64,000 nt of DNA from Bacteroidaceae bacterium (GTDB taxonomy: Bacteria; Bacteroidota; Bacteroidia; Bacteroidales; Bacteroidaceae): positions 1,986 through 65,985 of the forward strand of contig JAFUWG010000053.1 in NCBI GenBank assembly GCA_017483605.1, read 5' to 3'. Position 1 is the first letter of the stretch; the number at the start of each line of letters is the position of its first letter. Below the pieces are notes generated by a model. It made no database searches and was not told the DNA's origin. It saw nothing but the letters and a program-made list of their open reading frames with translations. Below are positions 9,856 to 18,236 of this stretch, piece by piece. Made by a program: the position numbers and the translations under genes.

Positions 9856-9898
9856 TATGTCGTGCTAATTATCCACTGTCAATTGTCAATTGACATCG

Positions 9899-9906
9899 CA
9901 AAGGTA
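9899..9906 (-). promoter_or_regulatory. -7 promoter box TACCTTTG (cysS)
   Basis: Matches the Bacteroidota primary-sigma -7 consensus TAnnTTTG. About 45 nt upstream of the cysS ATG. Confidence 0.5.
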
Positions 9907-9980
9907 CGGAAAATCCCCTACCCCACAAAAGAAATCCCACTTTTTTTAGCCCTGCCCCATCATTTCGCCCAGATTACACC

Positions 9981-12167
9981 TCACATTCGGGCTTTCTGCT
10001 TCTCTCCTGCACCGCTGCCTTGATACTTCGAGCGAGCTTCGTTGAACTTCCAGGTGACATCGAGCAGGAAGGTGCGGCGGGCAGGGTTGTAGGTGGTCAG
10101 TTCGCGGCAGCCGTAGATGATACCCTCGGATTTGTTGGTGTGCAGAGGGTCGGTGCAGCGGAGGTCGAGGGTGAGCGAGCCAAGGGTGCGGAGGCTGACA
10201 TCGTGCTGCACACCGACGGAGGTGTCGAAGGCGTTGCGTGTGATGCGGTAGTTGTTCATGTCGCCCTTGGGCAGCCATTGCACCGTTGCATTGAGGCGGA
10301 AGCGATGGGGCAGTTCGATGTCGTTCTGCCATGCGACGGAGGCACAGGGGTGGTTGAGCGTGATGGTGGTGCCGTCGGCCGTGGGCGACTTGTAGTCGCG
10401 GAAGATGACGTAGGCTGTCCATCGGGGATGCCAACAGCCGATGACGGGACGCAGCGAGGTGTAGAGCATCAACTGGTTGAAGTCCTCCAGGCTGTTGATG
10501 GGGTGGATGAGGCTGACCAACGGGTCGTCGGAGCCAGGGAATGGCTCGGTGGACATGGTGGTGGAACCCTTGACACGTGAGTAGTTGACGGTCATGTTCG
10601 CCCACTGGTAGGCTCCGTTGAGCACGACGCTGTGGATGTACATGGGCTTCAGATAGGGGTTGCCGCTCTGGTAGGTGTAGCGGTTGATATAGACGGTGGA
10701 ACTGGTCAGGTTGCCATAGTTGGGACGTTCGATGTCGCACCGATAGGACATGGAGAGTTGCAACTTGCCGACAGGGACGGACAGGAGAGCGGTGGGGAAC
10801 CAGTCGTTGTAGTTGCGGCACACCTCTCGCTGGCCGAAGTTGTAATAGTCGTTTTCGAGATGCTCATACCGCAAGCCAACCTGGGCAAAGAGTTTGCCGA
10901 ACTGCCGACCATACTCCACGAAGCCCGATGCGGCCTTCTCGTTGATTTCGGTGTCGGTAGCCTTGACGGGCACGGCTTCGGTGGTGGCGAAACTGTAGGC
11001 ATCGGTGCGGTGATTGTAGGAGTATTCGCCACCTGCCGAGAGGTTGCCCTTCCAAAGCGGATGACTCAGGATGAGTTTGGATGCCCAGAAGTTGTTGCCG
11101 CTGTTGGTGTTGCTGTCAATGGTACGGCGGATGGCGATGCCTCCCGCTGGCGTGGTCAGTTCAGCCGTGCTGTTCGCCTCCTTGGTGTCGTCGAAGAGAC
11201 CATCCACGTTGAAGTCAATGTCCAGTTCTCCCACCTTGCCATGATAATAGGCATTGAAGATGTGCTTGCTGAAGCGGTCTTCCTGGCAGATGTCGCTCTC
11301 CGAACGCTCGGTGTAGATGCCGTTCTCATAGTTGTCGGTGACGAGCACCCCCGAGTGGTCGCCATCGGGGTGGCGGTCACATTTGTAGAAAGCCCCGAGG
11401 CTGTGATGCTCGTTCGCCATGTAGTTCACCTGCAACTGCGGCGACCAGCCTTTCCAGATGTTTCGGGTCTCCTGCGTGCTGACCCCCTCGTAGTGGTCAT
11501 GCCCCACGTTGTAGGTCAAAGTGTTCTCCTGCAAGGACTTGTGGTGACCATAGCGACCAGCCCACAGCGAGGTGGTGATGTCGAGGCCGCCCGTGCGATA
11601 GTTCACATCGAGGTTGTTCGTCAGCGTGTGACCATACTGATAGGCACCCCAAACATTTTCCTGAAAACTGATGCCCTCGCCCTGTGCCTTCTTCAGCGTC
11701 AGACGCACCACTGCTCGGGTCGAGGCGGCATAGCGGGCACCCGGGTTCTGCACCACATCGACATACTGAATCTGGTCGGCACGCAGCCGCGTGAGTTCCT
11801 TCACGTCCTGCACCTTGCGCCCGTTGATGTAGATTTCGGCATCGCCACGTCCCACCACCTTCACGCCGCCATCGCGTTCAGCCTCCAAGGCAGGCACCTT
11901 GTTCAGCATGTCCGTCACCGTGCCCGCCTTTTCCAGTATCGACCCCGTCACGGTGGTTCGCATGGCATCACCCTTCACACGGGTCTTGGGCAGGGTACTT
12001 TTCACCACCACCTCATTCAGTTGCAGCGTCTGGTCCTGCCACCGGGTGGTGTCGGCGTCTGTCGAAGCCGCTTGGTTCGTCACTCCATACATGTTCATTG
12101 CCACGGCAGCCATCATCGCCGCCAAACTAACTTTTCTCATTGTTTTCATTGTTTTCAAACCTTTCAT
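9981..12167 (-). CDS. outer-membrane beta-barrel / TonB-dependent-receptor-like protein
   Basis: 728 aa. Signal peptide, a plug-like N-terminal region (VVVKSTLPKTRVKGDAMRTTVTGS...YINGRKV), long beta-rich body, aromatic C-terminal residues. Confidence 0.8.
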   Translation of the reverse strand: MKGLKTMKTMRKVSLAAMMAAVAMNMYGVTNQAASTDADTTRWQDQTLQLNEVVVKSTLPKTRVKGDAMRTTVTGSILEKAGTVTDMLNKVPALEAERDGGVKVVGRGDAEIYINGRKVQDVKELTRLRADQIQYVDVVQNPGARYAASTRAVVRLTLKKAQGEGISFQENVWGAYQYGHTLTNNLDVNYRTGGLDITTSLWAGRYGHHKSLQENTLTYNVGHDHYEGVSTQETRNIWKGWSPQLQVNYMANEHHSLGAFYKCDRHPDGDHSGVLVTDNYENGIYTERSESDICQEDRFSKHIFNAYYHGKVGELDIDFNVDGLFDDTKEANSTAELTTPAGGIAIRRTIDSNTNSGNNFWASKLILSHPLWKGNLSAGGEYSYNHRTDAYSFATTEAVPVKATDTEINEKAASGFVEYGRQFGKLFAQVGLRYEHLENDYYNFGQREVCRNYNDWFPTALLSVPVGKLQLSMSYRCDIERPNYGNLTSSTVYINRYTYQSGNPYLKPMYIHSVVLNGAYQWANMTVNYSRVKGSTTMSTEPFPGSDDPLVSLIHPINSLEDFNQLMLYTSLRPVIGCWHPRWTAYVIFRDYKSPTADGTTITLNHPCASVAWQNDIELPHRFRLNATVQWLPKGDMNNYRITRNAFDTSVGVQHDVSLRTLGSLTLDLRCTDPLHTNKSEGIIYGCRELTTYNPARRTFLLDVTWKFNEARSKYQGSGAGEKQKARM

Positions 12168-12183
12168 TTTTTTTGATTTTTAC

Positions 12184-12260
12184 CGCTGCAAAGGTACGGC
12201 GAACAGCCCTTTCCCACAAGATTCTGGGATATTCTGCAAGGTTTTGTGATGGATGACAAA
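12184..12260 (-). promoter_or_regulatory. 77-bp conserved promoter module, copy A (upstream of the OM beta-barrel gene)
   Basis: 62 of 77 positions identical, by ungapped hand alignment, to 18135-18211. Contains the -7 box, a CTTGTGGG -33-like block and TGCAGAATATCCCA. Confidence 0.6.
12189..12196 (-). promoter_or_regulatory. -7 promoter box TACCTTTG (OM beta-barrel gene)
   Basis: TAnnTTTG match about 20 nt upstream of ATG 12167. Confidence 0.5.
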
Positions 12261-12284
12261 AAAAGGAGGCCGTAAAGCCTCCTT
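12257..12284 (-). terminator. hairpin plus T-run with no obvious upstream gene
   Basis: On the minus strand, AAGGAGGC-TTTACG-GCCTCCTT followed by TTTTTTT. Flanked by a 13-bp direct repeat. Confidence 0.45.
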
Positions 12285-12448
12285 CAACCGATAGTTTTGT
12301 GATGGAGAGAAGGAACTTTGAGGATAAAAAACGTGTTGATACGGCTCTTTTTCCCACTTTTTCATATCTTTCCATCTACCGTATGAGCCAATAACCAATG
12401 AAAAAGCGTAAATTTGTGCCAAATTCCAATTATATAAAACAACGACGT

Positions 12449-13111
12449 ATGAAACAACTCATCCTTTTCTTTTATTCTTTTATGATGGCAAGTACACCCA
12501 TTTTAGCACGTGTGCAGCCATCACAAACAGAAGTTTTCCCCATTAATCCCCTTACCACAAAATTAGTCAATCAAGAGCAATTGGGTGATTCCGCAACAAC
12601 ACAGAGACCGTTATTCCTAAGAGAGCCCGCGAAAGAGCAAGAAGACAAGTTGGAGGATTTGCCACAACTTGTAGATTTTAACTCTGTTGAAATCTGTCAT
12701 GAGCACAATCAAGATGTACTAAGATGCTGTACTTACTACTTGACTCATCGCCTCGATGCCGCACAAATGAGCGATGCCGCCAATTACATTTTCAAATGGT
12801 CTATCTCTTCCGCCGATGTCAAAATAGTTATGAGCGTATTCGTCTCAGAACTATTCACCCATCAGGAGCACATGGCTTACGTAATGGCGTATATGGCGGC
12901 ATCCTCCTATCATTGCTTGACGAAACAAATGAAGTCACCTGATGAAGACACCTACATAGAAATCGTTACGACTCTACTCCATTTCTATGAACAGAACAAG
13001 GATTTAAGTGGTGACGTGAAGATTCTGGAAGAATACCTTCACCTCCAAAAGAAAAACAAATTGGTCAAGCAACTGAAAGAGGAGTTCCAAATCATACAAC
13101 AGTTTCAATAA
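12449..13111 (+). CDS. hypothetical secreted protein (AT-richer gene)
   Basis: Track ORF 12398..13111. Likely start at MKQLILFFYSFMMASTPILA (signal peptide). No recognisable domain. Confidence 0.5.
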   Translation: MKQLILFFYSFMMASTPILARVQPSQTEVFPINPLTTKLVNQEQLGDSATTQRPLFLREPAKEQEDKLEDLPQLVDFNSVEICHEHNQDVLRCCTYYLTHRLDAAQMSDAANYIFKWSISSADVKIVMSVFVSELFTHQEHMAYVMAYMAASSYHCLTKQMKSPDEDTYIEIVTTLLHFYEQNKDLSGDVKILEEYLHLQKKNKLVKQLKEEFQIIQQFQ

Positions 13112-13140
13112 GGAGCATCTTTAGGTATCTTCCTTTTATC

Positions 13141-13191
13141 CAAAGTATGGATTGTACGATTCATTGTTAGAATTGCACAATCCATACTTTG
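13141..13191 (+). terminator. 15-bp stem hairpin after the 12449..13111 gene
   Basis: CAAAGTATGGATTGT (13141-13155) pairs with ACAATCCATACTTTG (13177-13191). 21-nt loop. Weak T-run. Confidence 0.45.
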
Positions 13192-13311
13192 AATTTTATA
13201 ATTCATAGAATGAATTGGAGGTTGCAACCCGCAAACCTCCCCAATCGTGTATGGCTAAGAATAAAAGTGGTGTACGACTAAGAGCGAAAGCGGTTTACGG
13301 CAAAAACAAAA

Positions 13312-13346
13312 AGCAGCACCCGTCTTCTCGACGGATGCTGCTTTTC
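13312..13346. terminator. bidirectional intrinsic terminator between convergent genes
   Basis: AGCAGCACCCGTC-TTCTC-GACGGATGCTGCT (13-bp stem, one mismatch), preceded by an A-run and followed by TTTTC. Confidence 0.6.
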
Positions 13347-13392
13347 TTACATTATCATGATTTTTTACTTCATTAACTAATCATCTGTATAT

Positions 13393-13794
13393 CTATAATG
13401 TTTCCAATCGGACACGCATGTGCAGGATGTCCTGTATGTTGCTGACGATACTGATGATGCCCACGGTCATGACGAGCGAAAGGAGGGTGGTGGCGATGAG
13501 TCGGGAGTTCTCCGCCAGCCAGAGCAGGAAGCCCGTCTGCACGTGGAAGGTGAAGAGGGGAACATCGGTTGGCGTGGAGAGCATCCAGACGATGGTGATG
13601 GCACCGCTGATGATGCCCACGACGAAGGTCGCCACCATCGCCATCTTGTAGCGGCGCAGGGTCGCCTCCTGATGCTGCTTGATGAACTCCACGGCATCCA
13701 GCCGCTTGGTGAGTGCAGCCATGAAATCGTCGGCATCGTCGAAATGGGGCTTCTGGGCGAGGAACAAATCCTCTATGTCTTTATCTTTTGTCAT
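13393..13794 (-). CDS. membrane protein, putative anti-sigma partner of the adjacent ECF sigma factor
   Basis: 133 aa. Cytoplasmic N-terminal part followed by two TM helices. Starts 5 nt after the sigma-factor stop. The role is positional inference. Confidence 0.5.
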   Translation of the reverse strand: MTKDKDIEDLFLAQKPHFDDADDFMAALTKRLDAVEFIKQHQEATLRRYKMAMVATFVVGIISGAITIVWMLSTPTDVPLFTFHVQTGFLLWLAENSRLIATTLLSLVMTVGIISIVSNIQDILHMRVRLETL

Positions 13795-13798
13795 AACT

Positions 13799-14275
13799 TC
13801 AATGTTTCAGTTTATCTTTCAACCTGTCCCGTCCTCGCGACAGTTGCTTCTTCACCGCATCCTCCGAGGTGTCGGTGATGGAGGCGATCTCCTTGATGCT
13901 GTAGCCGTTCATGTAGAACAGGGTGATGGCAGAGCGTTCCTTGGGCGGCAGGGTGCGCAGGGCGAGGTAGAGGTCCTGATGCTCAAAGGAGGAGTCGGCA
14001 CCTGTGTGGCTGATAAGCCTCCGTGCCTCGTCGATGCTTTCCATCGTGCGGCAACTGGCCTTGTGGTTGAGGAACGTGTTGTGGGCAATCTTGAAGAGCC
14101 ACGAACGGAACTGCCCCTTGTCCTGATAGCCTGCCGAGGAGAGATAAGCCTTCACGAGTGCATCCTGTGCCAGATCGTCGGCATCGTCCTTCTTTCCACA
14201 GCAGAGGGCGAGCAGGAAACTTCGCAGCGACTCCTGCTCACGCTCCACGTGTGTGATGAATTCTTCACGTGTCAC
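13799..14275 (-). CDS. ECF-type RNA polymerase sigma-70 family factor
   Basis: 158 aa. Region 2 (DADDLAQDALVKAY, FRSWLFKIAHNTFLNH) and region 4 (LPPKERSAITLFYMNGYSIKEIASITDTSEDAVKKQLSRGR). Confidence 0.9.
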   Translation of the reverse strand: MTREEFITHVEREQESLRSFLLALCCGKKDDADDLAQDALVKAYLSSAGYQDKGQFRSWLFKIAHNTFLNHKASCRTMESIDEARRLISHTGADSSFEHQDLYLALRTLPPKERSAITLFYMNGYSIKEIASITDTSEDAVKKQLSRGRDRLKDKLKH

Positions 14276-14280
14276 GGCGT

Positions 14281-14742
14281 TCAGGCTTGGGTGGTCATTT
14301 GTTTCTCTTCAGCCTCCATCTCCTTGACGAGCATCTTCTTGCCCATGTGGTAACTGATGGCAAGGGAAATGGACACCGCCAGCAAGATGAAACCTATAAA
14401 CGCACTGAACGTGATGTCGTCGGGGTCAGAGCCACCCACATATCCCAGCCAAGCGGAAATTCCCCAAAAACCAAGACCGAGCAACGCTGTCAAACTGCTC
14501 CACGTGAGTTTCGCGATTTGCTTCTCCTTCAGCAGCCGTTGCTTCGGCGCAATCTTCCGCATCAGTTCCTCAATGTCCATGTTCGGGTTCTTCTCGATGG
14601 CTGCCAATATAATCTGTGTGCGTTGATTCGAGTCATTCATTTTCTTTCGAATGATGAACCAGATAATCATGATGGGGAGCACACATCCACATGCGACAGG
14701 CACTATAAATGCAGTTAACGCTCCAATTTCCATATAACCCAT
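14281..14742 (-). CDS. multi-TM membrane protein (hypothetical), first gene of the ECF sigma operon
   Basis: Track ORF 14281..14832. Probable start MGYMEIGALTAFIVPVACG. Three or more TM helices. Stop is 6 nt before the sigma gene start. Confidence 0.55.
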   Translation of the reverse strand: MGYMEIGALTAFIVPVACGCVLPIMIIWFIIRKKMNDSNQRTQIILAAIEKNPNMDIEELMRKIAPKQRLLKEKQIAKLTWSSLTALLGLGFWGISAWLGYVGGSDPDDITFSAFIGFILLAVSISLAISYHMGKKMLVKEMEAEEKQMTTQA

Positions 14743-14911
14743 TTTCTTCTTGTTTTTAATGTTAAACTTTTGTTTCTGTTTCTGACCTTGGTCACATATA
14801 TAACAAGTCAAAAGAGAAAAAGGTGACATCAACAGTCAAAAAAGATTTACGTGGTGGCCCCAAAAACAAAAACAGGCAGAGACATCAGCCCTGCCTGCTT
14901 TGGTGATGAGA

Positions 14912-15895
14912 TTACTCCCACTCAATAGTGCCCGTGGGTTTGGGCGTGAGGTCGTACAGCACGCGGTTCACGCCAGGAACCTCCGTGACGATTCGCTTCG
15001 TGATGTGATGGAGCAGCGGGTAAGGAATCTCCTCGATGGTGGCGGTCATGGCATCGCGTGTGTTCACGGCACGGATGATGACAGGCCAGTCCCAACTGCG
15101 CTTGTTGTCTTTCACACCAGTTGACTTATAGTCGGGCACGACGGTGAAGTACTGCCACACCTTGCCCTCCAGACCATTCTTGGCAAATTCCTCACGCAGG
15201 ATGGCGTCGCTCTCGCGGAGTGCCTCCAGACGGTCGCGGGTGATGGCACCTGTGCAACGGACACCCAGACCTGGGCCGGGGAAGGGCTGGCGGAACACCA
15301 TGTTGTCGGGCAGACCCAGTTCCTTGCCCACCACGCGGACTTCGTCTTTGAAGAGCAATTTGATAGGCTCTACCAACTCAAACTGCATGTCCTCAGGCAG
15401 ACCGCCCACATTGTGATGAGACTTCACGGGTCCCGACTCAACGATGTCGGGATAGATGGTGCCCTGTGCCAAGAAACTGATGCCCTCCAGTTTGCGGGCT
15501 TCCTCCTCAAACACACGGATAAACTCAGCACCGATAATCTTGCGCTTCTGCTCAGGGTCGGCAACTCCTGCCAACTTGTCGAGGAAGCGGTCGGTGGCAT
15601 CCACATACACCAGGTTGGCGTCCATCTCGTCGCGGAAGACGCGCACCACCTGCTCCGGCTCGCCCTTGCGCAGCAGACCGTGGTTCACATGCACGCTGAC
15701 GAGTTGCTTGCCCACTGCCTTGATGAGCAGCGCTGCCACCACCGACGAATCTACGCCACCCGAAAGTGCCAGCAGCACCTTCTTGTCGCCAATCTGAGCA
15801 CGGAGTTCCTTGATTTGTTCCTCGATGAATTTCTGTGCCAAAGCCGGAGTCGTGATGCGCTCTATCGTCTCTGGTCTCACATTACCTGTAGCCAT
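14912..15895 (-). CDS. guaA: GMP synthase ATP-pyrophosphatase plus dimerisation domains only (no glutamine amidotransferase domain)
   Basis: 327 aa. PP-loop SGGVDSSV. Canonical GuaA C-terminus [10 protein letters not shown]-terminus begins directly at the ATP-PPase domain. Confidence 0.85.
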   Translation of the reverse strand: MATGNVRPETIERITTPALAQKFIEEQIKELRAQIGDKKVLLALSGGVDSSVVAALLIKAVGKQLVSVHVNHGLLRKGEPEQVVRVFRDEMDANLVYVDATDRFLDKLAGVADPEQKRKIIGAEFIRVFEEEARKLEGISFLAQGTIYPDIVESGPVKSHHNVGGLPEDMQFELVEPIKLLFKDEVRVVGKELGLPDNMVFRQPFPGPGLGVRCTGAITRDRLEALRESDAILREEFAKNGLEGKVWQYFTVVPDYKSTGVKDNKRSWDWPVIIRAVNTRDAMTATIEEIPYPLLHHITKRIVTEVPGVNRVLYDLTPKPTGTIEWE

Positions 15896-15931
15896 AATAC
15901 TTTTGTTTTTGGTTGTTCAACAATCTGTTTG

Positions 15932-15939
15932 CAAAAGTA
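15932..15939 (-). promoter_or_regulatory. -7 promoter box TACTTTTG (guaA-like gene)
   Basis: TAnnTTTG match about 35 nt upstream of ATG 15895. Confidence 0.45.
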
Positions 15940-16183
15940 GTAAAAATCTCATGAACCACCAAATCTTACGAAAGGAACTTCTGGAATCTCTCCCATTCTT
16001 CCTGAAGATTGCCTTCATGTTCCCTAAGAAGAAATCTGGTTGGCAATCGTTCTTGAAGGGAGCCCAGTTGCCGCAGATGATGCCATCCTTGGCGATGATG
16101 GGCTGGAAGATGCCGCTGTTGTTGTGGGCACGGTGGCGATGTTCTGGAGAAAGAACGATGTCCGGCTCTTGTAACTGTTTCCA

Positions 16184-16774
16184 TCAGTTTCTCCTTTTCA
16201 ACAAAACTATTTCTGCATCCTCACCATTTTTACAGTATTCACTCACCAAGATGTGATGCTCGTCACAAGCGATTCCATAGCATCTGCCATCCCCCTTCTC
16301 GACTTGGGTGCCCCAATAGTTGGCGCTGTCGTCAAGAAGTTTCACCATGTTGCCATTGATGGGGTATACAACGTTCACAAATGAGCCTTGCAGCACGAAG
16401 AGGTTGTCAATCCGCGGCATGTCCTTGATGCCGAGAGCGTTGATTTCCTCAATGAGTTGCTGCTTCAGAGGCGACGTGGCATGTGGCAGTTCATCAGTCG
16501 GCAGTTGCCAACGCTTGAGGTTGGGGAAATAGTGCAGGAGCATCTGCTTATACTCCTCGCGGGTTAAACTCTGCCCCGTGTTCTTATTGTATTCATCCAC
16601 AAACTGGGCACAGAACTCTGCCATCTCTTCCATCGTGAAGTCGCCAGTGAAAGTTCCATCCTTATAGCAGTAGATGCAATACTCCTCGTTCTTACTTCCA
16701 TCTGCCTCAGTGCCGAGTACTTCGTCAGTCAGCGGCATACCGCAACTCTGACAAAATTGCATTTCTTTTTCCAT
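16184..16774 (-). CDS. zinc-ribbon domain protein (function unknown)
   Basis: 196 aa. N-terminal CxxC...CxxC (FCQSCGMPL...EEYCIYCYKDG). C-terminal half unassigned. Confidence 0.6.
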   Translation of the reverse strand: MEKEMQFCQSCGMPLTDEVLGTEADGSKNEEYCIYCYKDGTFTGDFTMEEMAEFCAQFVDEYNKNTGQSLTREEYKQMLLHYFPNLKRWQLPTDELPHATSPLKQQLIEEINALGIKDMPRIDNLFVLQGSFVNVVYPINGNMVKLLDDSANYWGTQVEKGDGRCYGIACDEHHILVSEYCKNGEDAEIVLLKRRN

Positions 16775-16806
16775 ATTTTATGAAGTTATTTATTGTGTTT
16801 ACTTTT

Positions 16807-17433
16807 CTAATTCTTTAATCGGTTAATTTCTTCTTGTAGGTTTGCAAGGAAGCGCCCTGCATGGGCACCATCCATCTGGGTGTGGTGGAACTGAAAGGAG
16901 ATGGGCAAATAATCTCGGAACCATTTCTTTTTGTAACGTCCCCAGATGAGGAACGGGTTATTGAAAATTCCGCTGTACATACCAACAGCACCGTCGATTT
17001 CCGTATGAACGATAGCCGACGTGCCTATTACCATGCAGTTGTCCGACAAGTCGAGATCTTGACATGTTTCTGCTACTTGGGTCGTGTTTTTCAGATATTG
17101 TCTGTTAAACTCGTCAAGGTCTTCCAGATAGAGAATGTCGCAGGAACTGACCTCCCCCATTTTGTTTTTTACTATCGTGTTGACAGCAATCGAGTCGTAT
17201 TGCATCAACTGCTCGCCTACGGGTAGCAGATAGAACTCCTTGATGGATGCTGCAGCCCGTCCAATGCAGTAGTCGAGCAGCATATTGAATTTCATGCCCT
17301 TTCTCTTGCTGACATTTACCAATCGCGTCACGTCAATGGTTTTGAAGAATGTAACCATCGGATTTGGTGCTTTCATCCACAATTCGAAAGCTTGTGTGCG
17401 GGCGGTTTCTTTTGGATTAACTTCTTTCTTCAT
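16807..17433 (-). CDS. CatA-like (chloramphenicol acetyltransferase family) O-acetyltransferase
   Basis: 208 aa. Catalytic-region motif FQFHHTQMDGAHAGRF matches the CAT HHxxxDG signature. CAT-like length. Confidence 0.8.
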   Translation of the reverse strand: MKKEVNPKETARTQAFELWMKAPNPMVTFFKTIDVTRLVNVSKRKGMKFNMLLDYCIGRAAASIKEFYLLPVGEQLMQYDSIAVNTIVKNKMGEVSSCDILYLEDLDEFNRQYLKNTTQVAETCQDLDLSDNCMVIGTSAIVHTEIDGAVGMYSGIFNNPFLIWGRYKKKWFRDYLPISFQFHHTQMDGAHAGRFLANLQEEINRLKN

Positions 17434-17436
17434 CTT

Positions 17437-18111
17437 CTATAATTCTAACGATTTTCCTTGTTCCTTCAAATTCTTCGCTATCTGTACGAATGGAGGCAGT
17501 TGCCCCTCGTTATACGCTTTGACCTTCTTGGGGAATGTCGAGTCGTATGCCTTGAAAGCCTCTGGGTTCTCGTCGGCAACGGAATACCCCTTGGGAGGGC
17601 AATAGGTGCCCTCGATGCCTTTCAGATAGCCGGGCTTCAGTTCTTGGGCGAGGAAGAACGGCACTTCATCGTCCTTCGGCATATCGTGATAGTGGATGCC
17701 GAGTTTGCTGGCGAGGTCGAAACCTGCGTGCTTGTAGAAGTTAATATTCCCTTCCATACAAAGCACACCGACACCCATCTCACGTGCCTTTGCCAGCGCA
17801 TGCTTCAGCAGTTTCAGACCGTAACCTTTACGCTTATAGTCAGGATGGATGCTGATAGGACCAAAGGTCCAAGCAGGAAACGAGCCGCCATTGTCGAGCG
17901 TGATTTCTGCCTTCGAGAACATGACGTTGCCGATGATTCTGCCGTCTTCCTCCATCACAAAGTCCAACTCTGGGATAAAGTCTGGATTGTTACGATACTG
18001 GTTCAGCACATAGTGCTCTGTGCATCCTGGGCGGTACACGTTCCAAAATGCCTCACGTGTGAGGTTTTCCACCTCACGAAAATCTTTGGGTTGTTCCAAT
18101 CTGATAGTCAT
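17437..18111 (-). CDS. GNAT family N-acetyltransferase
   Basis: 224 aa. GNAT acetyl-CoA motif region HPDYKRKGYGLKLLKHALAKAREMG. First gene of a three-gene minus-strand operon. Confidence 0.85.
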   Translation of the reverse strand: MTIRLEQPKDFREVENLTREAFWNVYRPGCTEHYVLNQYRNNPDFIPELDFVMEEDGRIIGNVMFSKAEITLDNGGSFPAWTFGPISIHPDYKRKGYGLKLLKHALAKAREMGVGVLCMEGNINFYKHAGFDLASKLGIHYHDMPKDDEVPFFLAQELKPGYLKGIEGTYCPPKGYSVADENPEAFKAYDSTFPKKVKAYNEGQLPPFVQIAKNLKEQGKSLEL

Positions 18112-18134
18112 TGTTTATTCTTCTGAAAGTTTTC

Positions 18135-18211
18135 GGCTGCAAAGGTACGGCATATCGTCTGTCCCCACAAGTTTTTGGGATATTCTGCATGGTTCTGTGA
18201 CGAATGACAAA
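18135..18211 (-). promoter_or_regulatory. 77-bp conserved promoter module, copy B (upstream of the GNAT operon)
   Basis: See copy A. Same order of blocks: GCTGCAAAGGTACGGC ... CCCACAAG ... TGGGATATTCTGCA ... GTGA..ATGACAAA. Confidence 0.6.
18140..18147 (-). promoter_or_regulatory. -7 promoter box TACCTTTG (GNAT operon)
   Basis: TAnnTTTG match about 28 nt upstream of ATG 18111. Confidence 0.5.
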
Positions 18212-18220
18212 TTATTTTCG

Positions 18221-18228
18221 TACCTTTG
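18221..18228 (+). promoter_or_regulatory. -7 promoter box TACCTTTG (LytTR gene)
   Basis: TAnnTTTG match 8 nt before ATG 18237, implying a very short leader. It lies inside the track's longer ORF, which argues against the 18204 start. Confidence 0.45.
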
Positions 18229-18236
18229 CCGCTCGT

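Noticed and set aside
15920-16183. Frame stays open for 88 codons after the TGA stop of the zinc-ribbon gene (WKQLQEPDIVLSPEHRHRAHNN...), suggesting read-through, selenocysteine or a pseudogene
   Set aside because: The downstream peptide has no recognisable motif and runs across the guaA-like promoter box. I see no SECIS-like stem next to the TGA. An open stretch of that length can arise by chance at this composition.
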